A stretch of DNA of 64,000 nucleotides from Yuukianura sp. NJ FZ-2021 (Eukaryota). The stretch covers positions 62,001 through 126,000 of the forward strand of contig CM102288.1 in assembly GCA_046563655.1 (NCBI GenBank), given 5' to 3'. Positions 47,001-60,103 of the stretch are shown here, one piece after another; the first letter of the stretch is position 1; each line of letters begins with the position of its first letter. A model generated the notes under the pieces. It had not been told where the DNA came from. It was given only the letters and a program-made list of their open reading frames with translations, and ran no database searches. A program made the position numbers and the translations under genes.

Positions 47001-50000
47001 ATCCTCATCACACATGCACACATCTTCGACTGCTACGACCTCAGAGAACCGTAAATTACTATCAACATTTACTCAAATCATTCTGCTAACCTAACCTTTA
47101 ACACGAAACAATTGACATCTTTTGCAGAGTCTTGATTTCGACGAAGATTGTGTCTGTGTTGCAAATCTGGCTGTTCTTGTTCCTTGTCCTCGCACAAAGC
47201 AGTCAAATAGAGTGGATGGGTAAACTTTACTTCAAAATAATACTTTCAACTCAAAATGTTGTTAATCTTTTACCATTTGAATTTTGAACAGCTCGCCTGG
47301 ACTTTGTTTGGCAGTGGCAAGCCTTGACAGAGAGGCAGGAAATGGAAGCCCTCCAGCAGTCAAACAAGGTTCGGATCCAAAGTTATTATTGATGGATTTG
47401 TGATGGACTTGATGCCAATACTGGTTTCTTTTGCAGAGAATTTTGAATAATATTTTGCCGATGCATGTGGCCCAGTACTTTCTTGAATTTCGAAACAACA
47501 TGGACTTGTATCACCAAAGTTACTCCAAGGTTGGTGTCTGTTTTGCTACAATCACCAACTTCCACGAATTCTACACCGAACTGGATGGAAACAATCAAGG
47601 AGTTGAGTGCTTGCGGCTTCTCAACGAAATTATTGCCGATTTTGACGAACTTTTGAGTGAAGAACGATTCTGCGCAATTGACAAAATCAAAACAGTGGCC
47701 TCTACATACATGGCAGCAGGTAAACATTAAGAAAAACTAAAAATCACAACTGATGAGTTTAGTTAGAACATTTATATTTGTGTTTTTAGTGGGACTGATT
47801 CCGGATCACAAGATTGACGATACAAATGAAGCCCAACTTTTGAGCACTCTTGTAGAATTTGTGTTTGGTCTTCGAGAACGTCTCCTTACAATCAATGAAA
47901 ACTCTTACAATTCCTTTATGCTGCGAGTGGGACTAAACATTGGTCCAGTTGTCGCCGGTGTAATTGGAGCTCGGAAGCCGCAGTACGACATTTGGGGCAA
48001 CACAGTCAACGTCGCAAGTCGCATGGATTCCACTGGACTACCAAATCAAACACAAGTCACTGAAGAAGTTTACAACATTCTCAAGAACTGCCCCTACGAG
48101 TTCCAGTGCAGAGGGAAAGTGAAAGTAAAAGGAAAAGGGGACATGACGACTTACTTTCTCGTGGACAGGAAACAGTCAACTACGATGAGAATAGAGGAAG
48201 TCCAACCCAGAAATGGAAACAGGCCCTACAACTTCTTCGGTGGAATCCCCACTCCCTTGGCTTTCGTCACAAATTCAAACCAGGGTTCTGGTCCACCAAT
48301 CCCTTTGCGCTCAATTTCAAATTCGTCACAACATGGACACCATCCTGGTGGAACTGGAATTCCGGTGGCTGAAAAGGAGCCGCTCCTCCCTCCTCCTCCG
48401 CCGCCACCAAGAAACAACCAAAACCACCATCAGATTCATATCCACATGAACAGAAATCCAGAAACGGAATTGGCTTGGCCAAGAATAGCCAAAGTTTATC
48501 CTTCTGAACAGAGAACTTCTCCAGTCAAAAGAACACACAGCGACAGAGTCACGCCAACCAGAGAGGTAAACATTCTTACTACTTTACTTTTTTTAAACAT
48601 ATTTTTAGTAGAATTACGAATATTATCTAGCCTTGAACTTTCAGATGGCCTTGAGGTCCCAAAATGTTTCTAAAGAAGCACCAACTCGTCGTCTCGGCGT
48701 TTGTCAACGGAATTTGTCAGACAACAATTTACCGAATCGAGGCGGACGGGCTAAGGGCCCCCATCATGCTCTGATGCCCTGTTCATCTGCAGATGACGTT
48801 TCTTCCTTGAATCGAAGTTCAAGTGATTCGTCTAGTGATGAGTCTCCTTCAGGGTCCCCACCACCGCCCTTGCCCAAGGACAAGGAAGTGAAAGAAGCAT
48901 CCCTTCATTCTCACTCTTCCAAAAATAGTCAGTGTTCAGCTCAGGCCAGAATCTCACTGGATTACGCTCATCGCCAACTCCCACCCACTCCTGGAGAGAA
49001 GAACCACAAATCTCCTGTCTATCAAAACGACAGGAATCACCAGTCGGAAGATGGAGAAGGGACTGGCAGGAAATCAGACTCCAGTGGACCTTCCACCGGC
49101 ACTCGCAAGGACTCTTCCTGTCAAACGGAAAAATCGTACGTCAACAAAGGAAGTCGAATCTCAGATTTTGAAAAAGAAATTAAAAAACTACTGGAACGCC
49201 AAAAACTGCCGCCAGTCGATGAACTCACGTCCGTTCACAAAGTACTTTCCGTCATGGAGAAAATTAGGTACGATTTTTTATTACTTTTGGGGAAGTATTT
49301 TTGCACTTATTATTTTTGTTGGTTTTGTTTACTATTTTGATTTGTTTAGTTGATTTCGTTATGATTTTTATTATGATTTGAGCACAGAGGGTCAGTTGGT
49401 ACAAATGCAGGAAATGTGGGAGAGTCATCGCAGTCGAGTCTAGGAGCTTTAGAACAAAAAGCGTTGAAACAGCAGGAACAACTGGAAAGAACTCCATTGG
49501 GTTTCAAATTTCCCTTACAAATGAGTCCTGTGCCAAGCAGGACTGTAGCCACAAAGCGTTCGAGGTTTACTTTTCTTTTTTTGTTTTCATTTTTACTTTT
49601 TACTTTAGAAAGTTACTAAAGTTAGAATATTGATTATATTATGAATTTTGAAAGTGAATTGTGATGAGATTGTTTTTGTAATTACAGGAAGGAAGGGAAT
49701 AAGGATTCTGAATATGAAAATGTGGAAACGGAAGAAGATGAAGAAGATCCTGAGCTGAGAAGAGAAAAGGAAGAAATACGTAAATTTGAGGAAGAAGAAC
49801 AGCGACTCATGGCAAAAGGTAAGCGAAGCAACCTAAAATCACTTGGATATTTCAACATTTGTGAAATTTTTGATGTGTTGATTGTAAATATTTGTTGTTT
49901 TAGCTGATGAGATGAGTCAATCGGAGTGGAGTGACGAGAGTGAGCAGGAGGGAGGGGGAGACAATGACGATGAGCAGCAAGAGGGTGATGGATATGCAAC

Positions 50001-50374
50001 AGATGACCCTGCCTTGGACAACTTGTCAGTTTGCAATGAAAATGGCCTCACTGACGCAGAAGGTAATTCACTTTTTACTTAAGTTTTTACTATGTTCTTA
50101 ACTTGATTGTCAATTGAATTTGCTTTTAACAGGAGCTTTGAGCGACGTGAATTCAATTTATGCTGGGGATGACGACGTGAGTATCTCTTCCAGGGCCTCC
50201 TCTCGCCTTTTTGAGTCCGACGCTCTTCTGAGTGTGGATTCTCTGAACACAATGTTTGAAGACTCGGAGTACGAAATCTCAGCAGCGCATTTATCCAAAC
50301 TCAGGTCAATGTCAGAATCAATCGCAAGGAGCTTTGGACGCGGAGCAGAAGGACAAACTTCGGATTCTGAGTGA
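44028..50374 (+). CDS. rut: Ca2+/calmodulin-responsive adenylate cyclase (rutabaga-like)
   Basis: N-terminus MDHSVK...[10 protein letters not shown]1 ([29 protein letters not shown]); [14 protein letters not shown]2 ([37 protein letters not shown]); long tail with DDPALDNLS...[14 protein letters not shown] typical of arthropod Rut. Confidence 0.9.
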
Positions 50375-50573
50375 ACTTTTTTAATTCTAGTTGGAATCAC
50401 TAGTTAGGATTGACTAAATGTTAAGTACCCCTGCCTAGTAGGAAACGGCACACACACCCTGTGTTTTTATACAAACTTGATGAGTGGATCGAGATTGGAC
50501 AATCTTTGCCTAAAATCCTTTTCTAAATGAATCAAGTTTAACTCGTTGCAAATAAACCAAAGTTCAATTACCT

Positions 50574-50637
50574 CAAGGTTTCTATAGCAACGGAATAGTT
50601 GTTGCTTCATGAAGCACCCGTTGCTATAGAAACCTTG
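50574..50637. mobile_element. 64-bp micro-MITE, hAT-like
   Basis: 20-bp perfect TIRs CAAGGTTTCTATAGCAACGG / CCGTTGCTATAGAAACCTTG; identical 8-bp flanks AATTACCT (50566-50573 and 50638-50645). Confidence 0.85.
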
Positions 50638-52241
50638 AATTACCTAATGGTTCGTTAGGAATTCATGAAACAAATTGCAATAGCCCTTTGTATAAAAGTT
50701 GTTATTTAAACATTAATTTAAGGGAATAGTTTAATAAAAGCTAAAGAATGTTCTCTAACTTCAAGTAATTACGATGTGTTCAACTACTTGTGGCTAATCA
50801 TTAATTAATTAATTAATTAATTAATCTCAAGTACTAGCCACCTTATGTTATGATGCCTCATGAATTTATTTTGATGCCCATATCTGTTGTTTTCAAATTG
50901 AACAATTGGCGCCTTTGGATCAAAAAGAGCGTCTTGTCTTCTTATGAGCATCAAAAACACTTCGGAGAAAGTTGCTTGGACATTTGGAGCTTTAGGTTAA
51001 TTTGGAACTTAAAATGGCAATTGACTAAATTTAAACGATTACAACAATGTTACAAGTGTATTGCATGTCCCTCCACCACATGAAGCACTAACTTTAGTAA
51101 TAACTCCATTGTAAATCATGTTTTCGGTTAAACATTTTTAAACGGAAACCAAAACTACAAAGAAAGCTGGTGAAAGTGAGTTAAAGAAAGTTGAATTGGA
51201 AAGCATTTGAACTCTGAAATGTGTCTGGACAAGGGAAAATGGATTTAGAGTTTGTGTTTTTAGAGCGGACAAAACTCAAAATGAATCTAAAGTGGAGTCA
51301 ACTTCTATGGAGTCTTCCTGTTCTCAGAATCTTTCTGTGTTTTTCGCACTCAAGAAATTGAAGTTTTCCTTACGAAATGATGATGGGAAAGCATCACATA
51401 TGACTTTTAGCATAAGAAAATTATGGACAACTGTCTTCCTTGTCTCTTCACAAGAAAGCACAGTAATTTTAGTTTTAATTGGCGTTTTCGGCTCTTTTTT
51501 TTTATTAAATAACATGAAAAATGTATTTTTTAGCTTTCATAAGAAAAGTAGAAAGATAGTTTGAGGAAAGGATGTAGAAAAAGTGAAATTGAACAGGTTT
51601 TGAAACTTTTACTAAGATTTAAGAAGCGAAACTGCATGGAGAAGACGTGAGTTTGGTGTTCAAAAACCAAAATAAAATTGAACTGGAGTGAACTCCAATA
51701 GATTCTGCCTGTTCTAAGAAACTTTCTCCGTTTTTCCACTCAAAATGTTTGTTTTTTGGGGGTTTGGAGTTGGGATGGTCCCCACATGCATTTTTTCCGT
51801 TGCCACCCACTCCCTCCCCCACCATCCAACTCCAAAAGAGTAAAACACTCCTTCGTTCTACTCCTCCCGTCTCGCATATAAAAGGGAAGCTCACCGAGTT
51901 TTTCCTCTTCACTCAATCCAGTGGAACTTCCAACGTTCTCGTCCGCTTCGACCTATGACCCCTCACTCTTGTTTTTCTTATGACGAAGTGTTTGACCCAG
52001 AAGGCCAAGGTCATTGCACTTGCGGATATTGATTTTCGAAAATTTAGTTAATCATTGATTAACTTTTGGTGGCATTTTGCTTCATTTGAAGGTTTTTTGT
52101 GGATTGGTTGAGGTGATTTTGGTTTCTTTTCCTTTTATATGAAGACAAGAGGAGTAACTTGTCACTCTTTTAGTTCTATTTATAACATTTCCTATCCCAA
52201 GTGCGGACCGCGGGGTTAACAAGGATTCCGCCACAATTGAC

Positions 52242-52416
52242 TAACTTTTGAATTTTGGAAAAGAGTTGCCACAATTTTGTCTCAAGTCCAAGTCACCTTG
52301 AATTCTAATTCTCAGAAAACAACAGAAACTGCAGGTAGGGTTATCTCAGAATTAGACACAAGGTACTTGAACTTGAGACAAAATTGCGGCAACTCTTTTT
52401 CAAAATTCAAAAGTTA
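52242..52416. repeat. ~175-bp fold-back (long imperfect inverted repeat)
   Basis: TAACTTTTGAATTTTGGAAAAGAGTTGCCACAATTTTGTCTCAAGT... mirrored by ...ACTTGAGACAAAATTGCGGCAACTCTTTTTCAAAATTCAAAAGTTA. Confidence 0.85.
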
Positions 52417-52580
52417 AAATCAAAAATTTTTTCAGTTGTGTGAATTTGAATTGTTGTGTGATAATATTTTGAGGACATAACGGGAAAACGGGATTTAATT
52501 AGTGCATCCCAGTTTCTGGTGACTTAGTTGAGAAGAAGATTTAGAAGTAGTTTAGGAACTCAGTGGGCATATCAGACGAT

Positions 52581-53780
52581 ATGGCGTTTCTATGTCCAGT
52601 AAGAATACGAAGAAGTAAGAAAAAAGGTAAGTTTACTTTTTAACGTAAGAAACTTTTGTTATTTGCAGAATTCGACAATAATTAGACGACAGTATTCAGT
52701 AGTAGTCGTTGATATTGTTTCTTTTTGTATTGTCTATTGTGTCGTTTCAGGAGAAGTTCCAGCGTTACCTAATTTCTTTGTGGCTTCTAACGATTCCGCA
52801 GAAGTATCTCCATCTTCTGCAGGACCAGGCAGAATCACTGGTTCTGCTTCAATTGAAACACTAGTGCGAGTGGGACTGGAGAAAGAAGCTGGACCTTCAG
52901 CTCGTATGACAGTTCTACACGACTTTGCTCCTTGTGTGGACGACGAACTGGCTGTTAGGAAGGGAGACATTGTACGTTACTTTAACCTTTTATGTTACGC
53001 AGTATTTCTCCAAAGATTTAGTTTTAAATCATTTGTGTGTTTTAGGTATCGCTGCTGTACAGAGAACATGACTGGGCGTACGTCATTGATGGAAAAAATC
53101 CTCCAAACGAAGGGTTTATTCCTTTCTCCTACGTTACGCCCTTCAGAGAACCGGAAATCGCACTGCCAACCCCAGTAGTGACCCACTTCCACAAAACAAG
53201 ATCCGAATGTCTCTATCTCAATCTGTACACATTCACAGCAGCAGATGAAAACGATTTGAGCTTAGAAGGTGGAGCAGTCGTTAGTGTGCTCAACGATGAA
53301 GATCCAGACTGGTTTTGGGTAATCAAGGCGAATGGAGAGGAAGGGTTTGTGCCAAGTGCCTTTCTGCATAAACTAAAGCCGGGAGAGACTTCAAAACCAA
53401 GCGATCCTCCTCATAGTGGCAGCGTTTGTACAGTTGTCCATGCCCTAGATCCTAGTGCAACGGAGACAGAAGAAAAACACAGTAGAAGTCAGAACGGAAG
53501 CAGCAGTGCCAACAGCGTCGAACTTGTCATGCTCTATGACTATAAGGTCATTGAAAACATCAATTTTTGTAAACCAGTTTTGTAGATGCTGACAGTAGTT
53601 TTCTTTTTGTTGCAGGCACAAGCAGCTGATGATCTGTCTGTAAAACGAGGTGACTGGGTTCACGCTGATCTTTCCGTCCAAACCGTCCAGGGATGGCTCT
53701 GGGCTTATGCTCCAAAGCAGAAGAAATATGGATTCATTCCCAGAACTTACGCCAAACCACCAGCCATGACAAGTTTGTAA
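52581..53780 (+). CDS. Dlish: Triple-SH3 adaptor Dlish/Vamana
   Basis: MAFLCPVRIRRSKKK N-terminus, GRITGSASIETLVRVGLEKE, three SH3 domains (HDFAPCVDDEL; YTFTAADENDL; YDYKAQAADDL), ends PPAMTSL*. Confidence 0.9.
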
Positions 53781-53914
53781 AACTGTATTTTAAATTTTTT
53801 TTTACTCTAATAACGGTAATTTTAACTATGCTTACAAAGAATCTCTCCAACTCCGCTCAATTAATAACCGTACCCAAGTTTATTTCTTGTTTTCATTTCC
53901 TTTGGTTTAAAAAG

Positions 53915-56317
53915 TTACATCTTAGAAACTGGTGTAATTCCAAGAATATCGAATCCCTTCTTGAAAATGGCTGCTGTTGCTTCACACAGGGCTACACGAC
54001 TCATGTTCACCTTCTTCTCATTCGCTACAAAACAAAAATTACGATTAACATTTTGAATAAACTTCCGTCCAATTAAGATTCAATCAATTATTAATCATTT
54101 ACTTTCACTCTTTGTCTCGATTACATAACAAGCGTCGTAGAATTCACTGAAAGCAGTCGCAGTTTCGTACATAAATTCACAAATGGGATGCAAGTACAAG
54201 TCATCTGCTACGCGGTCCACAACTTCTGAGAATTTCAGTAGTTGCTGCAATTCAACAATCGTTTTCGTTACGTTTCCTTTTCCTTCTTTTTTGAATGCTG
54301 TTTTCAAAAGTAATAAGTTTGTTTTGTTGGAATTGAGTCACTTACGAGAGCCAGCTTGAGTTCCTTGTCATGCTCCAGTGTAAAAGCATCCTTGGTCAGA
54401 AATGCTTGGTAGTCAGCGTCCGTCACTCCTGCCTTACGAGCAATGGATTTGATTCGAGTGTAAGCATACAAGAGGTACACGGCAGTATTTCCTTTGTCAT
54501 CCAGCATCTAAATTATCCAATTTTAAAAATAATCATTAGTTAGTCACCCAAACTTCATACAGCTTAGAGAATATTTTACCCGATCAAATGAGAAGACATA
54601 TTCTGCATTTCGATTGTGTGACAAATCAGCGTATTTGATGCACCCATAGGCAACTGACTTCTCAATCGCTTCCAGCTCTTCGGCACTCAAGTCTGCTTCA
54701 CGCCCTTTCTCTCGCAGCTTTTCACTTGCGCGTTTGATTCCTAAAAAAAGAACAAAGAATGTTAGAAAAAGTTTACCGAAAATGTTAAAGTTTGGATCAC
54801 CTTCGTCAAGCAAATCTGCAAGTTTGACAGTGTCTCCAGACCTTGTTTTGAATTTCTTCTTGTCATCTCCAAGCACCACTCCAAATCCAGCATGATCCAC
54901 TCGTACTTTGCTCTTGTCCAGAATTCCAGCCCTCACTCCACACTCCCAAATTGTTTGAAAGTGCGTAAATTGTCCAGAGTCTGTGATGTAGATGATCCTA
55001 TTCACTTTTTCAGTGTCAATCCGATAACGAAGAGCAGCAAGGTCACTCGTGTCATACGTGAAACCACCATCAGACTTGATGACAGTCAGCGGTGGATTAG
55101 TGTCTTTCTCTTTGCTTTCAGCCCACATGATCCAGCGTCCTTCGTCTTCCTCCAACAAGTTCTTGGATTTCAATTCTTGCACAATGGACTCCATCATGGG
55201 TTGATAGAAACTTTCCCCAACTTCTGTAATTACAACGCCCAGGCGATCGTAGATCTTTGTAAACTCTCGACGACTCACATCGCAAATGACTTGCCAAGCA
55301 CGCATGTAGTTTGGTTCTTTCTTCTGCAAATTAACGACACAAGCATATGCCCTCTTCTTAAATTCTGGATCTGCATCAAATCGTGCTTTGGATTCTTTGT
55401 AAAATGCTTGGAGGTCACTGATTGGAAGTTCGTAGCCTTCTTTCAAATAATCTTGGAATTTGTCTTGCAAATGGGCAATCAGCATTCCAAATTGAGTTCC
55501 CCAGTCACCGACGTGATTAATTCTTATAACGTCGTGTCCCAGTTCTTCCAAAAGGCGACAAATACTGTCTCCAATGATTGTTGACCTCAAATGTCCAACG
55601 TGCATTTCCTTGGCCAGATTTGGCGACGAGAAATCGACAAGCACACGCTGAGGAGCTAGAAGAGGTGCAAAATGGACCCCGTTGACACAGATATTCTTGA
55701 CTTCCGCCTTCAGAAACTTGGGACAAATGTGAATGTTGATAAATCCTGCACCCGCGACATCCACTTTTCCTACAACTTGAGTGTCTGACGGAAAGTTGGC
55801 AACGATAAGGTCAGCAACTTGTCTAGGATTCTTCTTTACTTTCTAAAGAAGAAAGAAAATGTTAATTAATTGGAATGACGATGTGAGTGACTTTGACTAA
55901 CGGCAGCAATGCTCATGGCCACATTGCACTGGTAATCTCCGAACTTTCTGGACGTTGCAGGAACCACGGGGATCGGAATTGGTCCAATTCCAGGAAAAGC
56001 TAAGTCCACGGCCATTCGACAGTAAGAAATGAGCATATCCACGGTACTCTTCAAGTGAGCAGTTGTCTTCTTCTCCTCTACCTCAACTTCTCTCTTTAGA
56101 ATTCGCAATCGATACTTTAACTTCTCCAGTTCAGGATCAGATCCACTTCCTTCCAGTTCTGCCAATACTCCAGTCAGCCTTCCCACTTCTCGTTCCTCCA
56201 AATACAATACAAACTAATTACCTTCATGAATTACATTTGTAGTGATGATGCAATCCCAAAGTAAAAACTTACAGTAGTTTCCAATCGACTAAGTACTTCC
56301 TCCATTGTATTCCCCAT
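53915..56317 (-). CDS. RARS1: Arginyl-tRNA synthetase, cytoplasmic
   Basis: [30 protein letters not shown] (HIGH), [31 protein letters not shown]-terminal leucine-zipper extension, ends ...GITPVSKM*. Confidence 0.96.
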
Positions 56318-56932
56318 TTCCTCCCTACCGCAATAAATTAGTTACATAACCAACAGAATGACGATGGCGATTGATGCGTTTCCCATTAAAACATAATTGT
56401 AATTAAAATTATGGTTAGTTGTTAATTACCTTCACGATTAAAGAAGCCGGATGTCCCAAATGCGGATTGTCAAATGTCAAGTTTTGGTTGGAGAGTCAAG
56501 AGTCGAGAGAAGTGAATGATTCAAATTGAAATTCAAAATGATTTCCCGCACTTTGTCACAAGTCTCCTATGAAAAGCTTTAGTGAACAGACTCTAACAAT
56601 TAAAAATCAATTTCTTTTGTTTGCCGGAAGTTAAATTACTTTTACCAATTTCAGTTACGTTCATCGTTTGACACTCATTGTAGATCCGTATTTGTAAATA
56701 CTAAAAAAATAATCTTAATTAATCAACATCAAGTCTTACAGCGGTAACAATTTATTAGAGGAACACAAAAATACGCACACCTAACAATCCCGAAGGAAGT
56801 CCATTAATAAGAAACTGAATCCACAAAGGGAAAGCTCTAATATTTCTAAAAGTAGAAACTAAGCTACAAAAAACAAAATACTAGGAAAATAACAATTAAT
56901 CTGCGTTAAAGTGTGGATAGATAACCGCTTAT

Positions 56933-59735
56933 TTAGTCCCTGTTCAAATCTGAAGTGAATCCAGGAGGACGTCTCTCCTTGTAGTACTTCAAGTCCATGG
57001 AAGACAGTGACGACAAGATGGACTCCTCTTCATCAGAGTACATCGACTGAGAGGTGATGACATTGGGAGCAGTAGCTGCTGAAACATTCTGTTGCCAAGC
57101 AGCAATTGCTTCCTTACTCATCTCCAGCCCTTTCGGCTGACCTCCAAAGTCATCCGCCATCAATCCAACACTCCTTCCTCTCCCGCGACCCCTCCCCGCA
57201 CTTCTTCTCGCCAATTCTGCTCCACTTCCGGAACTTTGAGCTGACGATCCAGAAACGTCTTCCCAAAACACCTTATCGGTGTACACAAATCTCGTCTGTG
57301 GAAGAACGCCTTGTTTCAAAACTTGAGCAGCTTGTTTAGCCCCTGCTTTCGCCAAGGGATCGTAGTCAGGGCCATGGTCACGTGAGATGCTGGTGATGTT
57401 GGAGTCGATGGTGCCACAGTCGCTCCATCCCGACACAACGCTATCCGTGCTGCCAAGTCGAGTGCGTGGTCTCTCATTTGTCTTGAAACTTTTAAAACTG
57501 AAGTCGGACGCAAGTGGTTTCAATTCGGCGTCGTTTTGGAAGGTGAGCATCGTAGCTGGTTCAAGAGGAGTTCTTGGCGAAGTTCTCTTCCCTCCGGCAA
57601 CAAATTCCACGAGGTCAATGCCCTCGGATGGGAACTGACGAGGGCCCATGTCCGGCAGTTTAAAAACTTCCATTGACCTGTTCTTGGCATTGGGAGGGGT
57701 CAAAACTACCCCTTTGAGAGTAGGGTACACTTCAAATGTACTCAACAGTTTGTCAATCTCTTCCTCTTCCACGATTGGCTCAGCCTATGAAAATAAAGTT
57801 TCCAGTTTACATATTTTCCAATACCACACATGATATTCTGTAAGTTATAAGCAGTATTTCGTACTTGTGGAGCTGGAGCTGAGCCTGATTCAGTTGTACT
57901 GGCAGCAGCAGATACTGCAGCCTCTTGTTTTTCAGTAGAATTTTTAACTCCAGCAGTTGATGTCCCAGCAATGCTTTCCACATCCGATGTTTGGCTGGAA
58001 TCAAGAGTTTGAGATTGATTTCCGCTAGCTCCAGAAAACTTGCTTTTTGGGACGCTCAGTTCAGTTTTTTCGCTCGTGATACTTTCTGGCTGGAGCGACG
58101 AAGTTGTTGACGAGAGTCTCTGACCTGGAAGACGACCTCGTCCGAGTCCAGGAGCAGTTGAATTGTCCACTGGAAGTCCCAATTTGGACGAATCCTGTCC
58201 AGTACTACCGAGAGTCTGTTCTTTTGGAATGTGGTAGATGAGTTTGGGTGGTGGGTCAAGTTTAGGAATGTGCGTGTAGAGGTACATGGGGCAGCAATAC
58301 ATTTTGGTCAGAAGGCCCATGCTGTTGTAAATCCAACGCTTCACCAAGCTCATTGAGCAGTGATCCATAAACTCAATCTTTGAAGACTGAAAGTAAAAAA
58401 AAAGGTTTGTAGTAAAAGTATGATTGAGAATGCGCTAATTTGGTGGAGAACTTACATGTTGATGGAATTTGCATGCCAACTCCTTGTAGTCATTCCACTT
58501 TCCATCCACCATGAGACCAATCGCATTCTCTTCAGCATAAACCATGGAAGATGGCACGATTCTGTTGAGAGATCGCAATTGTTCGCCCTCAACCAGCAAA
58601 AGCTCAAGCAAACGCGACATTGGAAACACTTTGAAGTTGAATGCCCGTCCTGTCAACAAAGTCCAAATAGTTTTCAAAATGAAATTCTGTTTTTCCTCAA
58701 AGAATCAACACTTATTTACCTGTTTTCTTGGCTATGAATGTAAGTGCTTCTTTGACGATGTCAACGTCTGGTCGAGCAGTGTACAAAGTTCCATGTGGAT
58801 CGTCTTCAGAAACACACTAAAAGCAAAAACGAGAACATAAAATTTCAATGCAATGCAGAATGGGGTAGGAAGGTTGGATTTACATCTTCGAGAAAACTTT
58901 CAATGACATCCAAGCAGTGCGTCCCAAGGTCCATGTTTGGATCAAATCCCGGCAGTTCGTAGCCCTTTTCCTTGACGGCACCATAAAAGTCAGAGCGATA
59001 TCCAAATGGAATGGTAGCTAAATATTAGAAGGAACATAAGAGTTAAAATTTTGTTCAGATTGAGTTGGAATCAAGAAGAAGCTTACCCGGATCCAGCATC
59101 CTTCCGTAGCATTGTCGAAGTCCGTCTCGAACTGAGAAAGAAGCAATTGCGAATTCCCCTGGGTGAGTTCCTTCATATGAAGTGCAGTAAATTCCAAAAT
59201 GGATGACGAGAAACTGGCGATTGAAGGGGAGCGGTGGCTCTGGTTGTCCCACGCAGTCATCCAAAGTCTTGGCGTAAAAGGAAGCCCTGATGTGCTCCAT
59301 CATCATCCTGTCCTTACGCAGTTGGTCTCGAATGGCTTTTCCAACGTCGTATTTCGCCGGAGCCAAACTGGAAAAGTAGACTCAAGTTAGAATGAAGCTG
59401 TAAATGCCGATAAACTATAAATATTGTTGAATCAGTTACGGCAGTGGAACGTTTCTCTCGTTGTTGCCATCCTTTGACTCGTATGGCAGCATATGGATCT
59501 TCCCATCCTGTCCACGGAATCCATCGGCACGGAGTGAAGGTCCCTTTGGTCCAGTGTAGGGGATGGCTGGTTTAGTTGGGTTGAACTGTTCTCTCAATGC
59601 CTCTGCCTCTTCCGCCGTCACACGTCGAGCGTCCGTGTAGAATTTGGGTTGAGAATTCCCGTATCTTGAGGAAGACGATGAAGATGATCTGCTGTCTCCT
59701 CTGTATCTCCGGTAACCTCTGCCCCTGTCTGACAT
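56933..59735 (-). CDS. mael: Maelstrom-like piRNA pathway protein
   Basis: PGEFAIASFSVRDGLRQCYGRMLDPGTIPFGYRSD and ACKFHQH...HCSMSLVKRWIY match the MAEL domain with the E-C-H-C zinc motif; long low-complexity tail with GRGRGRGR. Confidence 0.8.
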
Positions 59736-60103
59736 CGTGTATGACCTTCCGAGGTCAAAACACTTTTGATTCACAAACGAACAATCAATTGAGTTGTCTG
59801 ATTGACCTTTAAAAGCTAATTAAAACGAGATGCTTAAATGCTCCGTGTCCGTCTCTCTGCCTCTGTCCAAAGATGAAATGAAAAGAAGACGTCACAAAAA
59901 AAAAGAATGAATGAGAAAGAATTCCAAAAATTTTTATTCAAAAAAATGCGGCGCGGAAAACGTTTCATTTGAAAAAAAGACGATAGATGGCAAGCGTAGC
60001 CAAACGGCAATTTTGTGCTTCCTTTTTTTTAATTTGTTCCAATTTTCTGAAGTTTCATTTTCTAAAGTTTTTGAATTTTGTAAAATGTCGTTTTCGAGGA
60101 AGT

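Noticed and set aside
50799..50826. (TTAA)n run as a piggyBac footprint
   Set aside because: Simple microsatellite; no TIRs nearby.
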